64,000 nucleotides of DNA, taken from the NCBI GenBank assembly GCA_934120015.1, contig CAKOTD010000004.1, positions 5,338-69,337 on the forward strand, written 5' to 3'. The stretch comes from an uncultured Bacilli bacterium. GTDB taxonomy: Bacteria > Bacillota_I > Bacilli_A > RF39 > UBA660. The translations under genes and the position numbers were made by a program. A model generated the notes under the pieces. That model was not told the origin of the DNA. It did no database searches and was given only the letters and a program-made list of their open reading frames with translations. Below are positions 10,268 to 20,374 of this stretch, one piece after another; position 1 is the first letter of the stretch; every line of letters starts with the position of its first letter.

Positions 10268-10489
10268 ATGGCTGAATTTAATGGATATCGTAAAAAGAAA
10301 AAAGTTTGTCAAATGTGTGCAGGAAAGACTGTTACATATAAAGACGAAATTTTAAAAAAATATGTAAGCAATGAAAAATGCAGAATTTTACCTCGTCGTG
10401 TTACAGGTAATTGTGCTGAACATCAAAGATATATTGCTAATGAAGTAAAGAAAGCTCGTTTTATGGCTTTAATACCTTATACTGATTAA
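10268..10489 (+). CDS. rpsR: 30S ribosomal protein S18
   Basis: 73 aa, ...[32 protein letters not shown]. Confidence 0.95.
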   Translation: MAEFNGYRKKKKVCQMCAGKTVTYKDEILKKYVSNEKCRILPRRVTGNCAEHQRYIANEVKKARFMALIPYTD

Positions 10490-10496
10490 AAGCTTT

Positions 10497-10690
10497 GATT
10501 AGGACACGGTTGATTGAATAAATTTGTAGAAAGTCAGTGGTGGATGAAAACTGGTAATATTATTCAATTAATTACTACCTAGGAGTTGAACTTGAAAAAG
10601 ATTTCCGGTTAATACCGTTATTAAATTAAGTAAAAGACAGGATGGTACCGTGTTTTAGCACTCCTACAGATTTGTAGGGGTGTTTTTTTG
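10497..10690 (+). promoter_or_regulatory. T-box leader (tRNA-Thr responsive) with terminator/antiterminator
   Basis: Stem I (GATTGAATAA...TTATTCAATT). Adjacent Thr codons ACT-ACC at 10574-10579 in the putative specifier loop. T-box sequence AGGATGGTACCGTG at 10638-10652. 10-bp terminator stem at 10659-10682 plus a T-run. Confidence 0.85.
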
Positions 10691-10704
10691 AAAGGAAGAT
10701 TATT

Positions 10705-12456
10705 ATGATAAATATTAAGGAAGATGAAAGACTAAGTAAGCTGAATCATAGCTGTGCACATTTACTTGCACAAGCAGTTAAACATTTGTATCCAGATGCT
10801 AAATTTTGGGTAGGACCTGTTATTGAAGAGGGCTTCTACTATGACATAGATTTAGGAAATGAAGTAGTTAAAGAAGAAGATTTACCAAAACTTGAAAAAG
10901 AAATGAAGAAGATTAGTAAAGACGGTAAAAGAATAGTAAGACATGAACTTACTAAAAATGAAGCACTAGAAATGTTTAAAGATGATGAATATAAGATAGA
11001 TTTAATTAATCGAATGGATGATAATGACACAATTATTAGTTGTTATACTCAAGGAGATTTTACGGATCTTTGCCGTGGGCCACATGTTGATACAGTTAAA
11101 GAATTAAAGTATTTTAAATTGCTAAAGGTAAGTGGAGCCTATTGGAAAGGTGATTCAAACAATAAAATGCTTCAAAGAATTTATGGAGTATGTTTTGAAA
11201 CAGAAGAAGATTTGAATAAACATTTAGAAATGCTTGATGAAGCAAAACAAAGAGATCATCGTAAACTTGGCAAAGATTTAAAGATATTTATGACTAATGA
11301 TTTAGTTGGCAAAGGGCTACCATTATGGCTTCCAAATGGTGCAACAATTAGAAGAATATTGGAACGCTATATTGTGGACAAAGAAGTTTCTATGGGATAT
11401 AGTCATGTTTATACACCATCTTTAGGTAGTGTTGACTTATATAAAACATCAGGTCACTGGGATCATTATAAAGATGATATGTTTCCTGTTATGCATATGG
11501 ACGATGAAGAATATGTTTTAAGACCAATGAATTGTCCTCATCACATGCTTATTTACAAAAACGATATTCATTCTTATCGTGACTTACCAATTAGAATAGG
11601 TGAACTAGGTCATGATTTTAGATATGAAGCCAGTGGTGCTGTTTGTGGACTTGAAAGAGTTCGTGCTATGTGTCAAAATGATGCCCATCTTTTTGTAAGA
11701 CTAGATCAAGTTGGAGAAGAATTTGCTAAAGTGGTTAATTTAATTTTAGATGTTTATAAAGATTTTCATTTTGACAATTATACATTTAGATTATCACTTA
11801 GAGGCAAAGAAAAAGAAAAATATTTTGATAATGATGAAATGTGGGATAAAGCTGAAAATATGCTTCGTAAAGTTTTAACTGATTTGAAATTAGATTTCTA
11901 TGAGGCAGAAGATGAAGCTGCATTTTATGGTCCTAAGTTAGATGTTCAAATTAAATCAGCTATTGGACATGATGTAACACTATCAACATGTCAATTAGAC
12001 TTCTTACTTCCAGAGAGATTTGATTTGTCATATATTGATGAACATGGTGAAAAACAAAGACCGGTTGTTCTTCATAGAGCAATTCTTGGAACATTTGATA
12101 GATTTACAGCGTTTTTATTAGAAGAAACAAAAGGAAATTTACCATTATGGCTTGCACCAATACAAATGAATATTATTCCTGTAAATAATGAATATCATTT
12201 AGAGTATGCAAAAGAACTAGAAAAACTGTTAAAGGAAAATAACTTTAGAATAATGTTGGATGATAGAGAAGAAAAGCTATCTTATAAGATGCGTGAAAGT
12301 CAAACTAAAAAAATACCATTTACTATTATTTTAGGTGACAAAGAGAGAGATGAAAGACAAATTAGTTATCGCAGATTTGGGACTACAGAGACAGTGACAT
12401 TATCTATAGATGAATTTGTTACATTTATTAGTAAAATGATTAGTGAAAAACAATAA
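10705..12456 (+). CDS. thrS: Threonine--tRNA ligase lacking the N-terminal TGS domain
   Basis: 583 aa. Begins just before the HSCAHLLAQAVKHLYP editing-domain motif. Class II motifs (RPMNCPHH, FRYEASG) and a C-terminal anticodon-binding domain are present. Confidence 0.93.
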   Translation: MINIKEDERLSKLNHSCAHLLAQAVKHLYPDAKFWVGPVIEEGFYYDIDLGNEVVKEEDLPKLEKEMKKISKDGKRIVRHELTKNEALEMFKDDEYKIDLINRMDDNDTIISCYTQGDFTDLCRGPHVDTVKELKYFKLLKVSGAYWKGDSNNKMLQRIYGVCFETEEDLNKHLEMLDEAKQRDHRKLGKDLKIFMTNDLVGKGLPLWLPNGATIRRILERYIVDKEVSMGYSHVYTPSLGSVDLYKTSGHWDHYKDDMFPVMHMDDEEYVLRPMNCPHHMLIYKNDIHSYRDLPIRIGELGHDFRYEASGAVCGLERVRAMCQNDAHLFVRLDQVGEEFAKVVNLILDVYKDFHFDNYTFRLSLRGKEKEKYFDNDEMWDKAENMLRKVLTDLKLDFYEAEDEAAFYGPKLDVQIKSAIGHDVTLSTCQLDFLLPERFDLSYIDEHGEKQRPVVLHRAILGTFDRFTAFLLEETKGNLPLWLAPIQMNIIPVNNEYHLEYAKELEKLLKENNFRIMLDDREEKLSYKMRESQTKKIPFTIILGDKERDERQISYRRFGTTETVTLSIDEFVTFISKMISEKQ

Positions 12457-12472
12457 TATAATAATTTAAGAA

Positions 12473-12501
12473 GCCAGAAATTTAAATTAATTTCTGGTTT
12501 T
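12473..12501 (+). terminator. Rho-independent terminator of thrS
   Basis: CCAGAAATT-taaatt-AATTTCTGG followed by TTTTT. Confidence 0.8.
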
Positions 12502-12664
12502 TATTATGTTATACGTTTATTAGGATTTTAAAATTTGTTTTTAATGCGTAATATATTAGTATAAACTTATAATATTTTCAAGTTTAATATATAAAATTTA
12601 ACTTTTTGTCATTTTTTTAAAAAACTATAATATATTTTAGTAGGTGACACTAGGAGGAATTTTT

Positions 12665-13192
12665 ATGGTAAATAAAAAAAATTTGTGGTTTGTAACATTA
12701 TTTAGTCTTATTTTAGTATTAAGTATATATTATATAACTATGCCATCAGAATTATTAATGACAAATAATAATAATTATCTATCTGGAACAAAAACAGTAT
12801 CAAATGATAAAGATGATGATAAGGATGTAAAAGTAACAGTTGAAGAAAGTGAAATATTAGTAGCACTTAGGGTAGAAGCAAATGATCAAATGTTAAATGA
12901 AATCAATGAGCTTGAATTAATACTTACTAATACATCATCAACAGTAGATGAAAAAAATAATGCATTTGAAAAAATAAAGTTATTAAATATTACTAGAGGA
13001 GAAGAAGAAGAATTAGAAAATAAAATATTAGAGGAATTTAATCTTAAAGCTTTTGTTAAAATAAATGGAGATCAAATAAGAGTAGTAGTAGCAAACGATA
13101 AGCATGATGAAGAACTTGCTAATAATATAATGAGAAGTGTCCAATCTAAATATAATTCAAAAAAATACATTTCTGTTAAATTTCAAAAATAA
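12665..13192 (+). CDS. spoIIIAH: SpoIIIAH-like sporulation protein
   Basis: N-terminus KKNLWFVTLFSLILVLSIYYITMPSE and C-terminus GDQIRVVVANDKHDEE parallel B. subtilis SpoIIIAH (sequence recalled from memory). TAGGAGG RBS before the ATG at 12665. Confidence 0.7.
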   Translation: MVNKKNLWFVTLFSLILVLSIYYITMPSELLMTNNNNYLSGTKTVSNDKDDDKDVKVTVEESEILVALRVEANDQMLNEINELELILTNTSSTVDEKNNAFEKIKLLNITRGEEEELENKILEEFNLKAFVKINGDQIRVVVANDKHDEELANNIMRSVQSKYNSKKYISVKFQK

Positions 13193-13256
13193 TTTGTAAT
13201 AAATTATTTTTTTAGGCTAATTTTATCACTAACATTTTCCTGATACATAAAATAAT

Positions 13257-13508
13257 ATGAGAAAAATATATACCACCCGACGAGGAAGTGAGGGGAAGAT
13301 AGTGAATAATAGTATTTTAACTAAAAGAGAAAAGCAGGTTTTTGAATTATTAGTTTCAAATAAATCTACTAATGAAATAGCAAATATACTCAAAATAAGT
13401 GAAAAAACAGTAAGAAATCATATTTCAAATGCTATGCAAAAACTTGGTGTAAAAGGAAGAGCAGGAGCAGTTGTGGAATTATTAAAACTTGGTGAAATTT
13501 CTTTGTAA
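13257..13508 (+). CDS. gerE: GerE-type LuxR-family HTH sporulation regulator
   Basis: LTKREKQVFELLVSNKSTNEIANILKISEKTVRNHISNAMQKLGVKGRAGAVVELLKLGEI is near-collinear with B. subtilis GerE. The true start may be GTG 13302. Confidence 0.85.
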   Translation: MRKIYTTRRGSEGKIVNNSILTKREKQVFELLVSNKSTNEIANILKISEKTVRNHISNAMQKLGVKGRAGAVVELLKLGEISL

Positions 13509-13555
13509 AAGTGCATTTTATTGTACTTTTTTTCATATCATTAAATGGTGATACT

Positions 13556-14518
13556 ATGTTAAAAAAATTTTGGTTAAAAAAAATTATAGCTTCCACATCT
13601 GTTTTATTTGCTCTCTTATTATTGTGTTTAATACCTAAAAATGAACAAAAAGTATTAAAAAATATACCACAGGAGTTAGAATATGTTGATATGAGCATCA
13701 ATAAAGAAGAAATGTTTTTACTTGATATAAATGGGTATCTAGCTCGTAGTATGGTTTCAATAAATGATGGTAGTGAAGTAGAAAAAGCAAAAGAAATAAT
13801 TAATATATTAATTAATGGAAGTTCTGGTGAAAGTAAGGTACCTAACGGCTTTAAAGCAATATTACCATCTGATACGAAAGTACTTAACATTGAACTTAAA
13901 GATGGAGTATTAAAGATAAATTTTAATAAAGAACTTTTAGATGTTAAAAAGGAAATGGAAGAAAAAATAATAGAAGCTTTAGTATATAATTTAACTAGTA
14001 TTAATGGTATTGATAAAATTATAATTTATGTAGAAGGAAACATATTAACAAAATTACCGCAAACAAAGATTAATCTACCATCTTCATTAGATAGAAGTTT
14101 TGGAATAAATAAAGAATATGACTTACAAACTACTAAAAATATAAGTGGTGTAACAGTTTATTATATAAATAAATATAATGATTTAGAATACTATGTTCCA
14201 GTCACAAAGTATATGAATGATGATCGTGAAAAAATTCAGATAATAGTTGATGAATTAACAAGCACCCCAACTTATAATTCTAATTTAATGAGTTACTTAA
14301 ACAGTAACACTAAATTATTAGCAATCTCAGAAAATGTTGATAGTTTAGAGTTAGTATTTAATTCATATATTTTAAATAATATAACAGAAAAGGAAATACT
14401 AGAAGAAGTAATATATACAATTTCGTTATCAGTTAAAGATAATTATAATGTAGAACAAGTAATTTTTGAGGTTGAAAACGAAGAAATTTATAAAAGTGTA
14501 TTAAAAACTATTGAATAA
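13556..14518 (+). CDS. GerM-like protein with two GerMN-type domains
   Basis: N-terminal membrane anchor, then two repeats of the pattern (FLLDINGYLA...LKDGVLKINFNKE and VTVYYINKY...YVPVTKY...). Lies next to gerE. Confidence 0.6.
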   Translation: MLKKFWLKKIIASTSVLFALLLLCLIPKNEQKVLKNIPQELEYVDMSINKEEMFLLDINGYLARSMVSINDGSEVEKAKEIINILINGSSGESKVPNGFKAILPSDTKVLNIELKDGVLKINFNKELLDVKKEMEEKIIEALVYNLTSINGIDKIIIYVEGNILTKLPQTKINLPSSLDRSFGINKEYDLQTTKNISGVTVYYINKYNDLEYYVPVTKYMNDDREKIQIIVDELTSTPTYNSNLMSYLNSNTKLLAISENVDSLELVFNSYILNNITEKEILEEVIYTISLSVKDNYNVEQVIFEVENEEIYKSVLKTIE

Positions 14519-14566
14519 TTACTTAATTTATTGTATAATCTATTTGTTCAGTAATGAATAGATTGT

Positions 14567-14643
14567 GTCCTAGTAGCTCAGCTGGATAGAGCAGTGCCCT
14601 TCTAAGGCAAAGGTCAGGGGTTCGAATCCCTTCTGGGACACCA
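14567..14643 (+). tRNA. tRNA-Arg (anticodon UCU) with encoded CCA
   Basis: Acceptor GTCCTAG/CTGGGAC, D-arm AGCTCAGCTGGATAGAGC, anticodon loop CT-TCT-AA, TPsiC GGTTCGAATCC. Confidence 0.9.
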
Positions 14644-14653
14644 TATAGTAGAT

Positions 14654-14677
14654 AACCATTGATTTTCAATGGTTTTT
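14654..14677 (+). terminator. Rho-independent terminator after tRNA-Arg
   Basis: AACCATTGA-ttt-TCAATGGTT followed by TTTTT. Confidence 0.75.
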
Positions 14678-14782
14678 ATTTTATTTTTGTTTTTAATGTG
14701 TTTTGAATATTATATTAATTAATTATATAAAATTATTATAAAATGTGATATAATATAGAAGTAAAATTGAGGTGATATATAT

Positions 14783-15907
14783 ATGGTATACTTAGATTAT
14801 TCAGCAACAACGCCTGTAAATGATGATGTATTAGATTCATATGTAAAAGCTTGTAAAAATTATATTGGAAATCCTAATTCATTACATAAGTTAGGATTTG
14901 AAGCAAATAAAATAATCGAAGAAGCAACAAAACAAATAGCTAATTTGCTTCATGTAAAAGAGGATGAAATAATATATACATCTGGTGCTAGTGAATCTAA
15001 TAATACTGCTATTAAAGGAATTGCCGAAAAATATAAAAATAGAGGAAAACATATAATTACTACTGATTTAGAACATTCATCTATTTATGGTCCAATATCT
15101 TATTTGCAAAATCAAGGATTTGAAATTGACTTTGTTAAGCTTGATAAAAATGGGTTAGTTGATATAAAAGATTTAAAAAGTCTAATTAGAGATGATACCA
15201 TTTTAATAAGTATTAGTGCGGTTAATAGTGAAACAGGATTGAGACAACCTGTAGAAGAGATTGGAAAATTTCTTAGCAATTATCAAAAATGTTTCTTTCA
15301 TGTAGATGCTACTCAGTGTATAGGAAAAGATAAAATTGATTTAGAAAATATTGATTTAATTAGTTTTTCAGCTCATAAATTTTTTGGAATGAAAGGTGTA
15401 GGAATTTTAATTAAAAAAAGTGGTATTAATTTGGAACCTTTAATCCATGGTGGAAAGAGTACAACAAAGTATCGTAGTGGGACTCCATTTTTACCATTAA
15501 TTGTTTCTACATCAAAGGCCTTAAGAATTGCTCTTGAGAATTTTGACGAAAAATATAATTATGTTACAAACTTAAATAAATATTTAACAGAAAAATTAAA
15601 TACAATTAACGGAGTAACAATTAATAGTAATAATTATTGTATACCACAAATAGTTAATTTTAGTGTCTTAAACATTAAACCAGAAACAATGTTGCATGCT
15701 CTTGAAGAATATGAAATATATATTTCAACACAGAGTGCTTGTTCAAGCAATAATTCAAAATCAAGGGCTGTTTATGCATTAACAAAAAGTGATGATCTTT
15801 CTAATCATTCACTTAGAGTAAGTATTTCATATATAACAACTAAGGATGAAATAGATAAGTTTGTAGATGGTTTAAAGTGTTGTATAGAAAAATTAAATTT
15901 GAAGTAA
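14783..15907 (+). CDS. Cysteine desulfurase (NifS/IscS-like class V aminotransferase)
   Basis: PLP-lysine motif FSAHKFFGMKGVG and active-site Cys context STQSACSS. Confidence 0.85.
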   Translation: MVYLDYSATTPVNDDVLDSYVKACKNYIGNPNSLHKLGFEANKIIEEATKQIANLLHVKEDEIIYTSGASESNNTAIKGIAEKYKNRGKHIITTDLEHSSIYGPISYLQNQGFEIDFVKLDKNGLVDIKDLKSLIRDDTILISISAVNSETGLRQPVEEIGKFLSNYQKCFFHVDATQCIGKDKIDLENIDLISFSAHKFFGMKGVGILIKKSGINLEPLIHGGKSTTKYRSGTPFLPLIVSTSKALRIALENFDEKYNYVTNLNKYLTEKLNTINGVTINSNNYCIPQIVNFSVLNIKPETMLHALEEYEIYISTQSACSSNNSKSRAVYALTKSDDLSNHSLRVSISYITTKDEIDKFVDGLKCCIEKLNLK

Positions 15908-15917
15908 GGATGATAAT

Positions 15918-16196
15918 ATGAAAATATTAAAATTTAGTGCAATTTGGTGTCCTAGTTGTATAATTATGACTAATACTATAAATAAACTTGTAAAAAAATA
16001 TCCAAATATTGAAATCATTAATTATGATTATGATTCAGAAGATGAATTGGTAAGTAAATATAATATAGGTGATATATTACCAGTTTTGATTTTTATAAAT
16101 GATAATGGTGATGAGATTACAAGAACCATAGGTGAAAAAAGTTTAAAAGAACTTGAAGAAGTAGTAAGGAAAAATAATTATGAAAAGAATAATTAA
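15918..16196 (+). CDS. Thioredoxin-family protein
   Basis: 92 aa with a WCPSC active site. Confidence 0.75.
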   Translation: MKILKFSAIWCPSCIIMTNTINKLVKKYPNIEIINYDYDSEDELVSKYNIGDILPVLIFINDNGDEITRTIGEKSLKELEEVVRKNNYEKNN

Positions 16197-17337
16197 GATT
16201 TTTGTTATATTGTTAGTTAGTGTATTAACTTTTAATATTAATAAAGTAAAAGCGGAAGATAATCAAAATTCAGAGATAAAGATATATTTATTTTATGGAG
16301 ATGGTTGTCCACATTGTGCAAATGAAAAAAAGTTCTTGAAAGAACTTATTAAGAAATATGACAACATAGAAGTAATATACTATGAGGTATGGAATAATGC
16401 TGAAAATGATAAATTGATGAACATCACTAAGGAGAAGCTTGGTATTGAAAGAAAAGGTGTTCCATTTACTGTTATTGGAAATAATGGATATGTTGGATAT
16501 AATGAAAATATTGGATATCAAATAGAAGAAGTGATTAAAGAATTAAGTGATTCTAATAATAATCAGGATAAAGTTAAAGACGATAATGGTATGTATGTTG
16601 TTCCAATTATTGGTAAAGTAAATGCAAGAGATGTATCATTACCTCTTATGGCTGTTGTAATAGGAGCTGTTGATGGATTTAATCCATGTGCTATGTGGGT
16701 ATTGTTATTCTTACTTAGTATACTAATTGGAATGAAAAATAAAAAAAGGGCATTTTGTTTAGGAATTACATTTTTAGTAGCGTCTGCTTCTGTATATTTG
16801 TTGTTTATGGTTGCTTGGCTTAATATTGCCATATCTATGACCGATATTGGTATTTTACGCTTCATAGTTGCCATTGTTGCCTTAATAGGTGCTGCTTTTA
16901 ATTTAAAATCCTATTTTAAGAAAACTGAAGATGGTTGTAGTGTTGCTGATGCTAAGAAAAAGAAAAAAGTATTTGAAAAAATTAAGAAATTTACAAGTGA
17001 AAAGAGTTTTATTTTAGCTATTTTAGGTATAATAGCTCTTGCAGTATCTGTTAATTTAATAGAATTAGCTTGTTCAGCAGGTTTACCATTACTATTTACC
17101 CAAATCCTTAGTTTTAATAATTTAAGTACATTTTGGTATGGATTCTATATTGGATTATATATTTTATTCTTTATGCTTGATGACTTAATTATTTTCTTTA
17201 TTGCTATGTTTACAATGAAACTAACTGGTATTTCTAATAAATATACTAAGTATTCACATTTAATAGGCGGTATTTTAATGCTTGTAATTGGAATTCTGTT
17301 AATTGTAAAACCAGGAATCTTGATGTTTAATATATGA
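16180..17337 (+). CDS. Thioredoxin-fold (CPHC) domain fused to a multi-pass membrane domain; candidate transmembrane thiol-disulfide transfer protein
   Basis: Signal/anchor sequence, GDGCPHCANEKKF, then about 6 hydrophobic helices including DGFNPCAMWVLLFLL and ELACSAGLP. Confidence 0.55.
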   Translation: MKRIIKIFVILLVSVLTFNINKVKAEDNQNSEIKIYLFYGDGCPHCANEKKFLKELIKKYDNIEVIYYEVWNNAENDKLMNITKEKLGIERKGVPFTVIGNNGYVGYNENIGYQIEEVIKELSDSNNNQDKVKDDNGMYVVPIIGKVNARDVSLPLMAVVIGAVDGFNPCAMWVLLFLLSILIGMKNKKRAFCLGITFLVASASVYLLFMVAWLNIAISMTDIGILRFIVAIVALIGAAFNLKSYFKKTEDGCSVADAKKKKKVFEKIKKFTSEKSFILAILGIIALAVSVNLIELACSAGLPLLFTQILSFNNLSTFWYGFYIGLYILFFMLDDLIIFFIAMFTMKLTGISNKYTKYSHLIGGILMLVIGILLIVKPGILMFNI

Positions 17338-18164
17338 TAATTAATGCCAGTGGTAGAACCGATATATGTGCTTTTTACAGCAAATGGTTTATTGATAAAA
17401 TAGAAAAAGGATTTGTAGATGTTAAAAATCCTTTTTTTCCAAATCTAATTAAAAGAATATATTTAAACAAAGAGAATATAGATGCAATCGTATTTTGTAC
17501 TAAGAATCCTATTCCAATGATTAAGTATATGAATAAGCTACAGGATTATTTTACTATTTTTCATGTAACTATTACCCCTTATAAAAGTGATATAGAGCCT
17601 AATGTAAAGAATAAAAATAATATAATTAAAAGTGTTATATATTTGAGTAATTTGATAGGAAAAGGTAGAATCTTTTTAAGATATGATCCAATTATTATAA
17701 ATGAAAAATATAGTGTAGAGTATCATGCTAAAGCATTTGAAAGATTAATAAAAGTACTTGGTAAATATGTAAATAGAGTCATTATAAGTTTTGTTGATAT
17801 TAAAAAAAATACTAGAAATCATAATATAAGAGAACTTTCACTAGAAGAAATTTATTTGATTGCAGATTTATTTGGCAAGATAGGTAAAAAATATAATGTT
17901 ATTATTCAAATGTGTGCTGAAAAATATGATTTGTCAAAATATGGAATCATTAATGAGTCATGTCTTAGTCCAGTAATTTTCTATAATTTAACAGGTAAAA
18001 TAGTTAAAGAGAAAAATAAAAATAGAATTAATTGTAATTGTATTAAGAGTATAGATATAGGATTCTATAATAGCTGTATGCATTTATGTAAGTATTGCTA
18101 TGCAAATTATGATGAATGTAATGTAAAGAATAATTATCTGAAAATAAATAAAGAAGAGTGGTGA
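17334..18164 (+). CDS. DUF1848-family protein (C-terminal CX3CX2C cluster)
   Basis: MIINASGRTDICAFYSKWF N-terminus and C-terminal CMHLCKYCYA radical-SAM-like cysteine triad. Confidence 0.7.
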   Translation: MIINASGRTDICAFYSKWFIDKIEKGFVDVKNPFFPNLIKRIYLNKENIDAIVFCTKNPIPMIKYMNKLQDYFTIFHVTITPYKSDIEPNVKNKNNIIKSVIYLSNLIGKGRIFLRYDPIIINEKYSVEYHAKAFERLIKVLGKYVNRVIISFVDIKKNTRNHNIRELSLEEIYLIADLFGKIGKKYNVIIQMCAEKYDLSKYGIINESCLSPVIFYNLTGKIVKEKNKNRINCNCIKSIDIGFYNSCMHLCKYCYANYDECNVKNNYLKINKEEW

Positions 18165-18168
18165 TAAA

Positions 18169-20328
18169 TTGCTTGCTGATGTATTAATAGAAATTTCTGC
18201 TAAAGGATTAAATAAAACTTTTTCATATTTGATTCCAGATAACTTAAATGTTATAAAAGGAATTAGAGTTCTTGTCCCTTTTGGAAAAAAAGTAATAGAA
18301 GGTTTCGTACTTGACATAAAGAAAAGAGAAGAAACTAATTATGAATTAAAGGAAATTATTGAAACTATTGATGATGTAGAAGTATTGAATAGTGAAATGT
18401 TAGAATTAGGACATTTTATTAGTAAAAAGTATTTTTCCGGATTAATAAGTGCATATCAAACAATGTTACCAGTTGGATTAAAGGCTAAAAAAAATAAAAG
18501 AATCGGAATTAATTATGATATCTATTATTATTTAAATAATAATATTAATGAACTAGCATTTACTAAAAAGCAGTTAGAAATTATTGAACATTTCAAAAAT
18601 AATGGATTAATAAAAAAAGAGGATTTTAATTATTCTATTTCAGTGTTAAAAAATTTGATTGCTAAAAATGTTATATGTATTAAAAAAGTGCCAAAATATC
18701 GTATAAATAAAACTAATGATTCTATAAGTAGAAATATTGTTCTAACTGATAAACAAATGAATATTGTGGATAGTATTTATAGTAAAAAGTCTACTTTTTC
18801 TCCTTTTTTGTTACATGGTGTAACTGGTAGTGGTAAAACAGAAGTTTATATTGAACTTACAAAAAAGATAATTAGGGATAATAAAGAGGTTATTATTTTA
18901 GTTCCAGAAATTAGCTTGACACCACAATTTATTAGTAGGTTTGAAGAAGCATTTGGAAATAAGATAGCTGTTTTACATAGCGGACTAAGTGATGGTGAAA
19001 AGTATGATGAATGGCGTAAAATAAAGAACAAAGATGTATCAATTACTATAGGGGCAAGAAGTGCTATATTTGCTCCATTTGAAAATATAGGTTTAATAAT
19101 TATAGATGAAGAACACTCTGATACATATAAACAGGAAAATAATCCTAAATATAGTGCTATAGATGTTGCATTACATCGTGGTAAAAAACACAACTGTCCC
19201 GTAGTTCTTGGAAGTGCTACACCATCTATTGATAGCTATACAAAATGTAAACTTGGTATATACACACTTTTAGAACTAAAATCAAGGGTTAATGCTTGCT
19301 TGCCTAAAGTATACACAGTTGATATGAAAAATGAAATAAAAAAAGGCAATAAAATATTTTCAGAAATCCTAAGTAAGAAAATCAATGAATGTATTTCTAA
19401 TAATCATCAAGCTATTATATTATTAAATAGAAGAGGATATTCTACAACTATATCATGTCATGATTGCGGAGTTAGATTAACTTGTCCAAAGTGTGATATA
19501 CCTCTTACTTATCATAAGAATGGTAATTATTTATTATGCCATTATTGTAATTATAGAACTTATAAGCCTAAAATATGCCCTAATTGTAAAGGAAAAAGTA
19601 TTGATGAATTTGGTATTGGTACTGAAAGATTAGAATTTGAGATAAAAAAAACATTTGAAAAGGCAAATGTTATTAGAATGGATACTGATACAACTACAAA
19701 AAAAGGTAGTCATGAAAAAATAATTGATGATTTTAAACATCAAAAATATAATATATTAGTTGGTACACAAATGATTGCTAAGGGATTAGATTTTGATAAT
19801 GTTACATTGGTTGGAGTAATAAATGCTGACTCAAGTTTAAATATTCCCGACTTTAGAAGTGCCGAAAGAACTTATAATTTATTAAGTCAAGTAGCTGGTA
19901 GGGCTGGAAGAGGAAGTAAAAATGGAGAAGTTTATATGCAAGGATTTAATATGAATCACTATAGTATATCTGCTGCATGTATGCATGATTATAAAAGTTT
20001 TTATAATACTGAGATAAAAATTCGTAAACAATTAAATTATCCTCCATATTTTAATTTATGTGTTCTTAAAACTAGTTACAAGAATGAGAATGAATTAATA
20101 GATGAAAACGATAAGATTATTAAATACTTAACTGATATGACTAAAGATTGTATTATTTTAGGCCCATCACCGTGTAGTATTTCTAAAGTTAATAATATAT
20201 ATTACTATCAGATTATCATTAAATATAAAAAAAGAGAAACTATAAATGAACAATTAAAATTTTTATATAATTATTATAGTGGTAAAAAAATTAGATTTGA
20301 TATTGATGTAAATCCATATCATATATAG
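18169..20328 (+). CDS. priA: Primosomal protein N' (replication restart helicase PriA)
   Basis: Walker A GVTGSGKTEVY, DEEH box, Cys-rich zinc region (CHDCG...CPKC...CHYC...CPNC). Confidence 0.93.
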   Translation: MLADVLIEISAKGLNKTFSYLIPDNLNVIKGIRVLVPFGKKVIEGFVLDIKKREETNYELKEIIETIDDVEVLNSEMLELGHFISKKYFSGLISAYQTMLPVGLKAKKNKRIGINYDIYYYLNNNINELAFTKKQLEIIEHFKNNGLIKKEDFNYSISVLKNLIAKNVICIKKVPKYRINKTNDSISRNIVLTDKQMNIVDSIYSKKSTFSPFLLHGVTGSGKTEVYIELTKKIIRDNKEVIILVPEISLTPQFISRFEEAFGNKIAVLHSGLSDGEKYDEWRKIKNKDVSITIGARSAIFAPFENIGLIIIDEEHSDTYKQENNPKYSAIDVALHRGKKHNCPVVLGSATPSIDSYTKCKLGIYTLLELKSRVNACLPKVYTVDMKNEIKKGNKIFSEILSKKINECISNNHQAIILLNRRGYSTTISCHDCGVRLTCPKCDIPLTYHKNGNYLLCHYCNYRTYKPKICPNCKGKSIDEFGIGTERLEFEIKKTFEKANVIRMDTDTTTKKGSHEKIIDDFKHQKYNILVGTQMIAKGLDFDNVTLVGVINADSSLNIPDFRSAERTYNLLSQVAGRAGRGSKNGEVYMQGFNMNHYSISAACMHDYKSFYNTEIKIRKQLNYPPYFNLCVLKTSYKNENELIDENDKIIKYLTDMTKDCIILGPSPCSISKVNNIYYYQIIIKYKKRETINEQLKFLYNYYSGKKIRFDIDVNPYHI

Positions 20329-20374
20329 ATAATATTTACACAATGTGTTATTATAATAAAGAGGTGAATAATTT

